Positions 48,649 through 58,625 of a stretch of DNA of 64,000 nucleotides are shown here, in pieces (the stretch's first letter is position 1; the number at the start of each line of letters is the position of its first letter). Source of the DNA: a virus (lineage: Duplodnaviria; Caudoviricetes); IMG/VR virus record IMGVR_UViG_3300046318_000318; one strand, given 5' to 3'. The position numbers were made by a program, and so were the translations under genes. The notes beneath the pieces were generated by a model. It saw only the letters and a list, made by a program, of their open reading frames with translations. It did not search any database and had not been told where the DNA came from.

Positions 48649-51600
48649 ATGAGTAAACATATTTATAAAAATGATTCTGGTAGTTCTTCTTATATAGCCA
48701 GTATAAGTAACGGCGGTACAGGTGGGGCTAGTGCTACACAGGCTGCTGATAAGCTAGGTCTTTTGACCACAGACATGTTAGGCGTAGAGAAAGGTCTGGC
48801 TTTATTGGAATCTGTGAGTGGTCAACCTGTGTTGTCTATGGTAACTCTAGGTGATGAAGCCATCGTTAATAGAGTATCTGTGATTGGCTTAACCAATGCA
48901 GATATCAACACACAGCAAACTTACACCATTGTCAACTACGACAGTTTTACTAAGTATGCTGTTGTAGCTATTAATGGCAGTGTGGATAGTGTCAATGGTG
49001 CTGAAATACGCTACACCACTCCAGCTGTACCTGGTGAGTGTGGTTTTACCATTAACGGACAGAAGATATTGTTGAGAGCTATCGCTGGTGCTTATGTTAA
49101 TCCACCCACGATCACATCTCCTGTTAATAACAGTTTGGATAAAGGGCCTGATGTTACTATCACGACATCTCCTTTTCAAACCACAGGCGGTACAGATAAC
49201 CATCTGAGTACAGATTACCACATAGCTGAAGATCCTTTGTTTGAAACTGGATTTGTGGCTTACAGTAATCAGATCGCAGGTAAAACATCTTTTACAATAC
49301 CGAGTCTGCAAGCTGTCAAGACTTACTATATAAGAGCCAGACATCGTGGTGAAATGCTGTCTGTGAGCGGATGGTCTGCTGTGGCGATGTTTACTACGAA
49401 AACAGTATACAAACCTAACAAACCTTCTATCACATCCCCTCTGAATGCTCAGGAAGGATTAGGTCCTAATCTGACAGCTACTTCCTCAGCTTATAGCTTA
49501 ACTGGAAGCAGTGAGAGCTTACTGGCAGATGTGGAATGGCAACTGTCTAAGTCTAATACATTCAGTCCTTTGATTAACAGCTCTTCTGAGACTGGGCTGA
49601 ATGCTATTTGGAACAGCATAGATTATTCAAGTACTTATTATCTTCGGATAAGACATACATCTAACATCGGTACTGCCCCTAGTGATTGGAGTGATGTTAT
49701 AAGTTTTATGTCTGGAGCTATCCCTAATCCAAATACTCCCACTATCACAGCTCCTGTAGGTCAACAGGATATCGATCTGATATTGACAGCAGATGCATTT
49801 CACAGTGATGTGGGTGAGACTCATGCATCTTCCACATGGCAGATCTCTACAGACAGTAGTTTTGCCACAATAGTGAGTACCAAGTCTGTAACCAACAGCA
49901 CGACTCACCTGACTACTTATACAGTATTAGGTCTGAATACAGCTACTACTTATTACGCAAGAGTTTCTTATAAATCTGATCAAGGTAGAAGCAGTGCTTT
50001 TAGCGCTCCTGTTAGCTTTAACACCTTAGGTGTTTTGGTAGATACTCCTACGATCACATTTGTGAGCGGTGCTGATCCTTATTTGAATGCTTTGTCTAGT
50101 TACTATGTAGCTAACGATTCTGCTGGTCCTGTCAGTAAAATGCATTGGCAAGTCTACACCACTTCTGATTTCACATCTGGTGTTGTCTACGATCAAGAAG
50201 ACAACTATAACGGTACAGGTAATCCTTCCTTAACTGGTATCTATTTACCACCTAGTACGGTTCTGTATTTCAGAATGCGTTACAAATCTGCTAATGGTTT
50301 TTATAGTGGATACTCTAACGTATTGACTTCTACTTCTAGATCATATCTAACACCCCCTACTTTAAACACAGCTACTGTAGCAGAAGCAACAGGTACGTTT
50401 AGCTGGAACAGAGGTAGTAATACCGTCGTTGGTGTTGCCACTTCTTACAGATTTAGTCTTTATCCAACTTCTGATTTTTCCGGTGTTGGTGTGGATATAA
50501 ATACAGCATCCAGTACAATTAATGCTACTTTGGTTTATGATACTACTTACTACTGGAAAGTAGAACAGACAGATACCTTAACTTCTGCTGGATATACTGA
50601 AGTGAAAACTTCCACCACAGGTACTGTCAGTGTAGGTGCGCAACCTGATGTAGTTTACACTCTAACTTCTAGTGTTGATACTTATAACGAAGGTGAATCT
50701 GCTGTATTTATTTTGACTAAAAGCAGAGAAGATACTTCTGGTGACTTCTTAACTTTCAGTGGGGATGCTGGTAATGTCGCTGATATTAACTACTTATTAG
50801 AGAACACTTTGTCTTTTGGGGCAGGAATTGACGCACAACTAATTGTAACTGTACCTTTATTAGCTGATAACTTTACAGACGGTGATAAAATACTTACAGC
50901 TAACTGGAGAACTGGATCTATCACAGGTCCTATTGTAGCTAGTAAGTCAATCACTGTAGTAGACGTTTCTTTAACACCGGTTACACAACCTAGTGTCCAG
51001 CAACCTACCTTAACATTCACTGATAATACAGGTCCTAATTTATCAATTCTGGCAACTGATTACTCAGCTAATGCTGAAGCAGGTGTTTTAGAAACGGTGA
51101 TATGGCAATGGTCTTCAGATGCTACATTTACTGTTGTGGATGGTGAGCACCGAATTGACAGCACTGGTTCTACTGGTTATGATTTTAACAACACTGATTA
51201 TAGAGTTTTAAATAACATATACCTACCGCCTGGCACTACAATTTATATTAGGGTTACATACATATCAGCATCTGCAACAAATGCAGTATCCAATTTCATA
51301 AGCGGTTCTATAGCTTCTGGTGCTTATATCACAGCAGGTACTATAACAAATCCAGCTAATGATAGTTTAGACTTTGATCCTATTTACGGTAGTTTGGACA
51401 CTCCTATCTCCTCGACTCAATTTAGTCTTTTTCCAGGTTCTCAAAGCACAACCTTTTTAAACATATGGAAAGCTGGGTGGAGTGAACAATCTGCTCAAGA
51501 ATGGATGACATCCCCAATAGTAGATTATCCTGGACATGAATTTGGTTTATTGAACTTGGAATACGACACTCAGTATAATGCAAGAATACGAACAGTGGCT

Positions 51601-52131
51601 TCAGCTGATTTCTTCTCAGGTAACGCAATAGTATCCGCACAAAGCCCTATAACTACATTTAGAACAAAAGTATGTGACGTTTATTCTACCGCATCTATAG
51701 TCGCATCTATGACATCGCCGACGACAATGTCTGGTTATATACCTAAAAATAATCCTAACGATATATGGGTAGGTTGGGGCGCTAATACTGCTGATAACAC
51801 TATGAACGCCACATATATGTTAGCATCAGCAAGCGCACCGCAAACAGCTATAGATCAAGCTATGGCTTTGTATGGTGGTAACGTTAAGATGCGTACCTAT
51901 GAGTACTTACTTGGTTTGAACGGTGTTACATACAGTGCTTCAGAACTTAGTACTAATGCGGGTAGTTATTTGTACTGGTTCAGTGTAAATCTTGCTAATG
52001 CCTCAAGTGATGGACACAACGTCTCTATCACAAATAATTCTTTATGGCAATTGACATTTAATATAGATGGTACATTCACAGGCGTTTACGCTGGTGAGAT
52101 AGTTCCTAGTGATTTTGGTGGCCCTCCATAA
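48649..52131 (+). CDS. Large Thr/Ser-rich tail-fibre-like protein with tandem FnIII/Ig-like domains (1160 aa)
   Basis: Repeated P-x-ITSP...W(Q/H)...TYY(I/L/A)R...S-x-WS units; a Calx-beta-like segment VDTYNEGESAVFILT. Confidence 0.65.
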   Translation: MSKHIYKNDSGSSSYIASISNGGTGGASATQAADKLGLLTTDMLGVEKGLALLESVSGQPVLSMVTLGDEAIVNRVSVIGLTNADINTQQTYTIVNYDSFTKYAVVAINGSVDSVNGAEIRYTTPAVPGECGFTINGQKILLRAIAGAYVNPPTITSPVNNSLDKGPDVTITTSPFQTTGGTDNHLSTDYHIAEDPLFETGFVAYSNQIAGKTSFTIPSLQAVKTYYIRARHRGEMLSVSGWSAVAMFTTKTVYKPNKPSITSPLNAQEGLGPNLTATSSAYSLTGSSESLLADVEWQLSKSNTFSPLINSSSETGLNAIWNSIDYSSTYYLRIRHTSNIGTAPSDWSDVISFMSGAIPNPNTPTITAPVGQQDIDLILTADAFHSDVGETHASSTWQISTDSSFATIVSTKSVTNSTTHLTTYTVLGLNTATTYYARVSYKSDQGRSSAFSAPVSFNTLGVLVDTPTITFVSGADPYLNALSSYYVANDSAGPVSKMHWQVYTTSDFTSGVVYDQEDNYNGTGNPSLTGIYLPPSTVLYFRMRYKSANGFYSGYSNVLTSTSRSYLTPPTLNTATVAEATGTFSWNRGSNTVVGVATSYRFSLYPTSDFSGVGVDINTASSTINATLVYDTTYYWKVEQTDTLTSAGYTEVKTSTTGTVSVGAQPDVVYTLTSSVDTYNEGESAVFILTKSREDTSGDFLTFSGDAGNVADINYLLENTLSFGAGIDAQLIVTVPLLADNFTDGDKILTANWRTGSITGPIVASKSITVVDVSLTPVTQPSVQQPTLTFTDNTGPNLSILATDYSANAEAGVLETVIWQWSSDATFTVVDGEHRIDSTGSTGYDFNNTDYRVLNNIYLPPGTTIYIRVTYISASATNAVSNFISGSIASGAYITAGTITNPANDSLDFDPIYGSLDTPISSTQFSLFPGSQSTTFLNIWKAGWSEQSAQEWMTSPIVDYPGHEFGLLNLEYDTQYNARIRTVASADFFSGNAIVSAQSPITTFRTKVCDVYSTASIVASMTSPTTMSGYIPKNNPNDIWVGWGANTADNTMNATYMLASASAPQTAIDQAMALYGGNVKMRTYEYLLGLNGVTYSASELSTNAGSYLYWFSVNLANASSDGHNVSITNNSLWQLTFNIDGTFTGVYAGEIVPSDFGGPP

Positions 52132-52133
52132 TC

Positions 52134-52184
52134 AGAGCATAGTCCTATACCAGACCCTAGGGTCTGGTATAGGAGTTATGCTCT
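52134..52184. terminator. Long imperfect palindrome between convergent genes
   Basis: agagcata-gtcctataccagacc-cta-gggtctggtatagga-gt-tatgctct. Confidence 0.65.
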
Positions 52185-52187
52185 ATT

Positions 52188-52604
52188 TTAACTAAAACCC
52201 AAAAGTATAGCCATAAGCTCAGCGGCAGTTTTAAAGAAAGATGTTATGTCGTCACCTTCTCTGAGTTCTAATATGGCTTTTATAGCTGCTACGCTAAACA
52301 CCAATACAGTAACTACAGTAGCGCTTATAAGTGCCCAACGTATAACAGCAGAACGCTTCAAATCATCTTTTGCTTTTAGCAATTCTAATTCAGCTCTAAC
52401 TGTATCAGCTTTATGATCTTCTATCTCTTCACCCTCAGCAAAATGAGTATCTACCATATCTTCCAATATAGCGATCTTTTCTTGCTTGGATAAAGTCTCG
52501 AAAATAGGTAAGATGTTTTCTCTCACATCCCCATCATGATCGTCGTTAGCATGAGACTTGATTCTCAGTAAAGCACTTTTAAACTTACTTACATTATCGG
52601 ACAT
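52188..52604 (-). CDS. Membrane protein (138 aa)
   Basis: WALISATVVTVLVFSVAAI helix after a coiled coil. Confidence 0.6.
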   Translation of the reverse strand: MSDNVSKFKSALLRIKSHANDDHDGDVRENILPIFETLSKQEKIAILEDMVDTHFAEGEEIEDHKADTVRAELELLKAKDDLKRSAVIRWALISATVVTVLVFSVAAIKAILELREGDDITSFFKTAAELMAILLGFS

Positions 52605-52605
52605 G

Positions 52606-53361
52606 TTAAGACTCCTGTGTAGGCAGAGGCTGTGCCTGAGCAGGCTGTGCTATTTTCTGAGCTTCGGGGGTCTCATCAAAAGGTGGTAGATTCCATTCAT
52701 TATCCCAGATCTTACCCATGAGTTCTTTTTCAGCTGGTACTTGAGAACTACCCAACATACTTTTCTCAGGTTTAAAGGGAAGATGAGAAACCTTCAGGAT
52801 AACTCTAACAGGTTTACCCTCAGACTTTTCATTGATCAAAGGCAGTATGGTATCTAACTCCACATCGATCTTACACCATTCAGACTCAGTACCGTCTTTC
52901 TTCTTATAGACATCTACTTCATAGGTCAGATTAGGCAAGACGATGACAGTCGTAGATCCGTCTTCTTTAACCAACTTCATCTCTACAGATTTAGAGTGGA
53001 AGACGTATCTGGATTTTTTTAAACGTTTCTTAGCTACGTTTCTGAAACCTTCAAAGAAGTCTTGATCTATAGCAATATTATACTCTGTGTTGTTTTGCAG
53101 AGCCTTATCACCATCCTTCTTAACCTTGTATGTAAAAGTATAAGAAGTCTCAGTATTCTTAACTTCTTTTCTAACCCTACATCTGACACCGTTCATGAAC
53201 TCACTTTCGATTTGTTCTTGTTCGATGACCTGAGAGGCTTGTTTCAAACCTTCGGGATTGGTAATGTGAGCATAGATAGCTACTTCGATTTCACTGTTTA
53301 ACTTACTTTGATTAACAGCATCATCTTCAAAAGCTAACTGCAGCATGTTAAATAATTTCAT
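52606..53361 (-). CDS. CYTH-like (triphosphate tunnel metalloenzyme) fold protein
   Basis: EIEVAIY (ExE), CRVRK, FTYKVK, NTEYN, KKSRYVF, YEVDVY and IDVE pattern. Confidence 0.55.
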   Translation of the reverse strand: MKLFNMLQLAFEDDAVNQSKLNSEIEVAIYAHITNPEGLKQASQVIEQEQIESEFMNGVRCRVRKEVKNTETSYTFTYKVKKDGDKALQNNTEYNIAIDQDFFEGFRNVAKKRLKKSRYVFHSKSVEMKLVKEDGSTTVIVLPNLTYEVDVYKKKDGTESEWCKIDVELDTILPLINEKSEGKPVRVILKVSHLPFKPEKSMLGSSQVPAEKELMGKIWDNEWNLPPFDETPEAQKIAQPAQAQPLPTQES

Positions 53362-53371
53362 AGATATCCTT

Positions 53372-54085
53372 TTACCACTTTGAGAAAGCTGGTTTGTGCT
53401 CTAAAGAAAGTAAAGCAGCAGATATTTTCTTTACTTCTTTGAACTCTTTCTCAGAGATCGCTGTGTGTAAAATTTGCCGCTTAGGTAAGCTGTGATTCAC
53501 CACAAGCTTATGGTAACCCTTAGGTAAGAACAGATCATCTTTATAGAAGAGTCCTTCTGGGTTCTCTATTTCTACAAACCAGGTAATTATGATCGCACTG
53601 TTGACTAGACCACCTTTACCTTGTAGGAGTAAATCTGCAAAAACTATTTTACCTACTGTACGCTGATTGATGTTCGTGTGATCCTTGTCATACCCTACTA
53701 TCCAGTGCTCTCTTGTTCTATCAGCATCTGGTACCAGAGTCTTATCAGGTATCAGAGCAGCTTCAAAATCAAGTCTAGAAATGACATAGCCATTTTTGAA
53801 CTTATCAGAATCCATCAAAGTTTTATCAGCTAGGATGTCATCCAGAAAAACCGCATACCCGTTAAGACAATCTTCTATATTCATAGAAGCACTTATACGA
53901 GGTACTGTTCTATCTTCCCCTGGTGTGGCCTTATAAGGCATTAAAGGATAGAAACTGTCAGGTGGATTCTTATCTATGCGTATTAAAAAAGGCTGAAGAG
54001 TCTGTGTCTTATCCACCACAGTGAAGTTTTTCAACTTCTGAGGAGTTTGATTCTTTATGTATTCCTTGAGATTATCTTTAGACAT
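53372..54085 (-). CDS. Putative head protein (237 aa) with C-terminal SLE site
   Basis: GEDRTVPRIS core; ends ALLSLEHKPAFSKW. Confidence 0.6.
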   Translation of the reverse strand: MSKDNLKEYIKNQTPQKLKNFTVVDKTQTLQPFLIRIDKNPPDSFYPLMPYKATPGEDRTVPRISASMNIEDCLNGYAVFLDDILADKTLMDSDKFKNGYVISRLDFEAALIPDKTLVPDADRTREHWIVGYDKDHTNINQRTVGKIVFADLLLQGKGGLVNSAIIITWFVEIENPEGLFYKDDLFLPKGYHKLVVNHSLPKRQILHTAISEKEFKEVKKISAALLSLEHKPAFSKW

Positions 54086-54086
54086 A

Positions 54087-54416
54087 CTACTTAACCTCTA
54101 GCTTCTTAAGCATATCTCGTTGAAAGTCTCTGGCTTTACCCATCTGACTATTACAATCTTTCAGATGTTTGTTAAGAGTAACAGAATGATTAATTAAAAG
54201 ACTTTCCCTACCTTTATCCCCAGCAGACATATATTCTGTCTTGCTAGGTGGGGTGGATATTTCACAATCTTTGAGTAGCTCATTAGGAATAGTGATATAA
54301 CTGTATTCAGTTTTAATCACAGTCACAGGCTCAGTTCTAAATGTAGAGCAGCCCATAATACCCACGGTGGAAATCACCACCATTAAACGCCAGTAGCTGT
54401 ACCAGATTTGAAACAT
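54087..54416 (-). CDS. Outer-membrane spanin (Rz1-like lipoprotein)
   Basis: Signal plus lipobox GIMG-C, Pro/Cys-containing periplasmic part; overlaps the end of the i-spanin gene. Confidence 0.65.
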   Translation of the reverse strand: MFQIWYSYWRLMVVISTVGIMGCSTFRTEPVTVIKTEYSYITIPNELLKDCEISTPPSKTEYMSAGDKGRESLLINHSVTLNKHLKDCNSQMGKARDFQRDMLKKLEVK

Positions 54417-54898
54417 TTCTCATCTCCATCACAAAAAGATTCCCACAAAGCCTCGATATTTACTTCACTTGCCTTTTCACGGTAAGCTTCAACATCCGTA
54501 TCTGTAACACCAGGATCTGTATCTAATCCTTCGATGTCTTTAATACCTTTAGATTTCTGAAGATCAGAAATTCTTTTATCCTTTTTAGCCAGTATAGTTA
54601 CAGTACGTTTATCACGCTGGCTTAACTCAGTTGTCAATTCCAAAGTCAATTTCTCAGAAATAGCGATGCGGTTCTGAAGTATGTTAACTTCTTTGTCTTT
54701 AGAAGCAACAACTGCTTTCATGTCTTCTATGACTTTGTTTTGTTTCTCTAGTTCTACCTTAAGACTAGCCACAGTCTCAAAGCCAAACTTTTCCCTGATC
54801 TGGTCCATGTTAAAAAACATGAATAAAGATATCAGAAAAGTGAGCATGATAACCAAGTACAGACCGTACTTCTTACCTGCAAATAAAGCGGTTAACAT
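54383..54898 (-). CDS. Inner-membrane spanin (Rz-like)
   Basis: N-terminal TM helix, long coiled coil, C-terminal Cys pair; 34-nt overlap with the lipoprotein gene. Confidence 0.65.
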   Translation of the reverse strand: MLTALFAGKKYGLYLVIMLTFLISLFMFFNMDQIREKFGFETVASLKVELEKQNKVIEDMKAVVASKDKEVNILQNRIAISEKLTLELTTELSQRDKRTVTILAKKDKRISDLQKSKGIKDIEGLDTDPGVTDTDVEAYREKASEVNIEALWESFCDGDEKCFKSGTATGV

Positions 54899-55476
54899 AA
54901 GTTCATTTCTCCATTGTTCTTAATGAAAGTATAGCCTATAGCTATAGAGTCTATAGCGTGTTCATCCAGACTATCTAAACTAACCTTTAACACAGGTAGT
55001 ATTAAAGGATTCCTAAGGATAGCTTCCTTAACAGAACCTTTGTCGCTGCTCATAGTAGCCCCTATGGTTTTCTTAACCACCATAGGTTCTATGGTTCTGA
55101 AGAGTGTGTTGTGATTATGGGTTATGACACAATCATGCAGATGACTTATTACCTCTACTAAAGAAGCATAAGCACTGGGTCTAAAGCTTGAATAGAAAGG
55201 ACTTTCACAAGCCACCACTACAGGGTTATAGGTTCTGATCACATTTGAAAAAGCATTCTTAAGTCTATACAACTTAAATACTCTTTCAGGATGATAGTCT
55301 TCTTCAAACTCTATTGTATTTTCAAGATGTTCGTTAACCAGAGTAAAGGCAGTTATACTAACTACTTTCTTGCTCATCATGTCAATTTCGTAGACTGAAA
55401 CACCTGTTCTATTTAACCCTGGATCCACAGACACCATGTTATACGATTTAAAGCCATCAGGTATATCTAGAGGCAT
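54892..55476 (-). CDS. ruvC: RuvC-like Holliday junction resolvase
   Basis: VSVDPGLNRTG, VACESPF, VKKTIG...DKGSVK and DEHAIDSIAIG catalytic pattern. Confidence 0.85.
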   Translation of the reverse strand: MPLDIPDGFKSYNMVSVDPGLNRTGVSVYEIDMMSKKVVSITAFTLVNEHLENTIEFEEDYHPERVFKLYRLKNAFSNVIRTYNPVVVACESPFYSSFRPSAYASLVEVISHLHDCVITHNHNTLFRTIEPMVVKKTIGATMSSDKGSVKEAILRNPLILPVLKVSLDSLDEHAIDSIAIGYTFIKNNGEMNLC

Positions 55477-55568
55477 AAGACTTACCTTTTTTATTTAATA
55501 CAATTTCATAGCATATAAAAACAGGGTAAATATCTGACTGAGCCTTCAGTGGCTCAGTCAGATATGGT

Positions 55569-56408
55569 TTAGCTAAGAGTCAGCAAAGGTTCAACGCTAC
55601 CCACGTTCAGCATAACCGTCATATTACGGTTGATGGCGTTCATAGGCAAGAATGTACCAATGAAGTTACAAACCTGCATCGCTATGGCTTCGGTGTAACC
55701 AATAGAAGCACCGTTGAAGTCACCGGTCACGACACGATCCACACCAGAGCACAAAGCGATCTCAGAGATAATAGCGTAGTTAGGATCTCCATAGATCACA
55801 TTACATACGTTCATGAACTCTTCAATATCAGTAACACCCATGGTAAAAGGTACTTTGGCATTGGCAGCGATGTAATCACCTGTAGTGACCAGTACCCCGC
55901 CAGTGCCTATAGCAGGTGGGGTAGGGTTAAGATCACCAGCGTTAGGAGAGAACTCCACACTGGTAACCACACCAGAGTTTACTGTTCTCAATTCAAGAAC
56001 AGGTACTGTAGAAGAAACATCCATCAGTCTTGCATAATAAGCAGCGTAAGTAGCACCGTTATGCGTTTCCAATCTACGCATGCGATACTTGATACGCTCA
56101 GAAGCAGTCAGATCGTTAGCGATAGGTCGCAGAACAAAAGGTAGATGCTTGTACAAAGCAGCGTCACGAGGACGATGTTGTACCACTTCAGTCTTAGGAG
56201 TACCGTCAGCACCCACCGTAACTCTAACACCACCATTACCGATACACAAATATTTAAGTGTGGGTAACTCACCACCAGCTAAAGTCAATCCAGCGTGTAC
56301 GTTGAACTTCTCGTTCAATGTGCTATTGGGTTTGATAGTCAGAGGCAGATCCATGTACTGAGCTGTTTGCAGATGTGCACTGTAAACTGTACGTACGATA
56401 TTTTCCAT
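55569..56408 (-). CDS. Conserved phiKZ-like virion (baseplate/tail) protein, 279 aa
   Basis: PNSTLNEKF...YLCIGNGG...FVLRP...YYAR segments as recalled; synteny with the portal. Confidence 0.6.
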   Translation of the reverse strand: MENIVRTVYSAHLQTAQYMDLPLTIKPNSTLNEKFNVHAGLTLAGGELPTLKYLCIGNGGVRVTVGADGTPKTEVVQHRPRDAALYKHLPFVLRPIANDLTASERIKYRMRRLETHNGATYAAYYARLMDVSSTVPVLELRTVNSGVVTSVEFSPNAGDLNPTPPAIGTGGVLVTTGDYIAANAKVPFTMGVTDIEEFMNVCNVIYGDPNYAIISEIALCSGVDRVVTGDFNGASIGYTEAIAMQVCNFIGTFLPMNAINRNMTVMLNVGSVEPLLTLS

Positions 56409-56423
56409 GTTGATCCTTGTTTA

Positions 56424-58604
56424 TCAGGCAAATTTTAAAACTGACTTTTCTTCAGGAGTCAGAGATTCATAGATCTCATGTCCTAAATAACCTTTTTGGC
56501 TGTATAGTCCTGGTACATAACCTGGATAATCAGCTTCCATAACATGTCCTGGGAATAGTAAACTTACATCTGTGTCGTAAGTACCTTCTAGCAAAGCATC
56601 ATTTTTCAAAGTGATGACTTTATCCAGATTGATACTTACATCAAAGACATCAAAGTTTTTATCTATTACAGTCTCTATGTTTCTATCTACGATTACTTCA
56701 GTATCCGTGTCAAGAACATTGACTTCCACTTTAGCAGATTCTTCCAAACCTACTGTACAGAGTCTTTCCCCTACTCTGATGGCAGCCCAGTTAACAGGTA
56801 CGACTTCTTTGTCATTGATCTCTCTGAGATACTGTACGCTATAACTACTCAGCTGTACCATGATACTGATCATGGCTTTCTGTACGTTAGCCATCTGCTT
56901 AGTCTCATCTATGACATAGCCTGTGGCAGCCATAAAGATGTTCTTCATGAGATCATCAGCTTCACTATCTAGATAGTCATAGGTAGTTAGATTCTTCTCA
57001 GATAACCAATCGGTAAAGAGAGTTTGTGTAGGCATTAAGCTGTATCTCTTATCTCTATAAAGAGTATGGATCATCTCAGCTATCTGACCCCTATCAAACA
57101 AATCACCTGTATTGCCAAGTACAAACCATTGTCTTTGCACTGAATTATACAGTCTGTTTACCAATTCCAAAAAAGAAGAAGTTGAGTAAACAGGTATGAC
57201 ATGCGGCATGTCATCTAGTAAAGCTTGCGCTATCTGAGGCTTATCCGTAAAGATTTCTTTTTTAACACCTTTTAACATGGTGGTTAAAGAAGGTCTTGGA
57301 TTCCTTACTTCCTTGATATTGATGAAATCAGGTACATATTCACTGTCTAACTTAAATCTCTTATGTAGGATATAAGTATAGTAAATGAAAGCATCTGCTG
57401 TTTTCATTGTGTATATCTGAGAAGACTTAGGGTCCTTAAACGATGTATATACATCGTAGTATCCCATTCTGGTCAGTTGTACCCAAGTTCTAACCAACAC
57501 CTCTTCCATGGTGTCAGGTACTGAATCTGTGTAATCCAGCATAGACGACTGAAGATCCTTGCTCTGTATCACACTAGAGGAAGAAGTTTTCAACAGATGA
57601 GTAATCGTAGAAGTATTGTCATTCAGATAAGGTATGTTACCGACAGCTGTGGGTCTTTCGTATTCATACAACTTATCCAAAGAAAAATAATCTTTCTCAG
57701 GTACGTTGGTCTCTAGATTAAGAGGTTTCTTTCTAACCCTTACTTCTGGATAGATCTTATCATCAAAAGCAGCTAACTGCCTTACAGACAGTTCAGCTAA
57801 AGGTATACCTCTATCTGAGAGTAACTTCTCTATCAGAAGTTTGAATTGCTCTACCTTACCAGAGTTTCTTTCTAAATAGTTAATGTTTCTATAAAGAAAC
57901 ATCACTTGTTTGAAAGTCATGTACGGCATATACCTGTCTAATCTACCATGACTTGTCAAGTATTCTCTGATGTGAAAACTATGAGCTTCAAAAGTTTTAC
58001 ATTTCTCAGCTCTTAGATTTAAAAGCTTGCTGACTAAGTTTAAACAAAGTATAGCAAACTGAGCTGCGTTATATAAACTATCTGTCAAACCAAAAGCTTG
58101 CACATGCCATCTCTTCTGATAGTTCCAGATGTAGCTTTGCATTCTGGATATCAGGGTGGTTTCTTGTGGTTCTACAAGAGCGGGATCGTAACTGACTATA
58201 GTCCAATCAGGAGAAGCCAGTGTTTTAATCATATCAGCGGGTAGCAATATACCATTGATAAGCAACTCTTGTTCGGGATGATCTTTCAACAGACTGTAGT
58301 AGTATCTACTACCGTATCCGTATGCAGCCTTAGTGGCTGAGTGAGTAACCAGATTTTCCTTAGAAAAAACTATGGATTCGAGCGTATCTAATGATGTGAC
58401 ATACATAACTGTGTCTGTGGAATGATAAATTCCACAGATGTTTTTGTAATACTTCCATTGAGATTTGTCGTCAGGTTTACCGATACCTTTCGAAGTCAAA
58501 AGGTAATCCTGCATCATTTCAGCTGCTGTTTCTGATTTGATGCATATAGTTTTCACAAGCTTCTTATTGGCCTCTAGGTACAGTTTAAAGAAGTTTGTAT
58601 CCAA
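56424..58604 (-). CDS. Conserved phiKZ-like baseplate protein (gp128-like, 726 aa)
   Basis: WKYYKNICGIYH...LDT and FLYRNINYLERNSGK segments; divergent from the portal. Confidence 0.6.
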   Translation of the reverse strand: MDTNFFKLYLEANKKLVKTICIKSETAAEMMQDYLLTSKGIGKPDDKSQWKYYKNICGIYHSTDTVMYVTSLDTLESIVFSKENLVTHSATKAAYGYGSRYYYSLLKDHPEQELLINGILLPADMIKTLASPDWTIVSYDPALVEPQETTLISRMQSYIWNYQKRWHVQAFGLTDSLYNAAQFAILCLNLVSKLLNLRAEKCKTFEAHSFHIREYLTSHGRLDRYMPYMTFKQVMFLYRNINYLERNSGKVEQFKLLIEKLLSDRGIPLAELSVRQLAAFDDKIYPEVRVRKKPLNLETNVPEKDYFSLDKLYEYERPTAVGNIPYLNDNTSTITHLLKTSSSSVIQSKDLQSSMLDYTDSVPDTMEEVLVRTWVQLTRMGYYDVYTSFKDPKSSQIYTMKTADAFIYYTYILHKRFKLDSEYVPDFINIKEVRNPRPSLTTMLKGVKKEIFTDKPQIAQALLDDMPHVIPVYSTSSFLELVNRLYNSVQRQWFVLGNTGDLFDRGQIAEMIHTLYRDKRYSLMPTQTLFTDWLSEKNLTTYDYLDSEADDLMKNIFMAATGYVIDETKQMANVQKAMISIMVQLSSYSVQYLREINDKEVVPVNWAAIRVGERLCTVGLEESAKVEVNVLDTDTEVIVDRNIETVIDKNFDVFDVSINLDKVITLKNDALLEGTYDTDVSLLFPGHVMEADYPGYVPGLYSQKGYLGHEIYESLTPEEKSVLKFA

Positions 58605-58625
58605 TTTGTTCTCCAGGAGTTCTTA

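Noticed and set aside
44076-55565. Long perfect hairpins (44076-44105, 52134-52184, 55530-55565; also 35012-35049) as a novel DNA element
   Set aside because: They sit immediately after stop codons or between convergent genes and are adequately explained as long-stem terminators.
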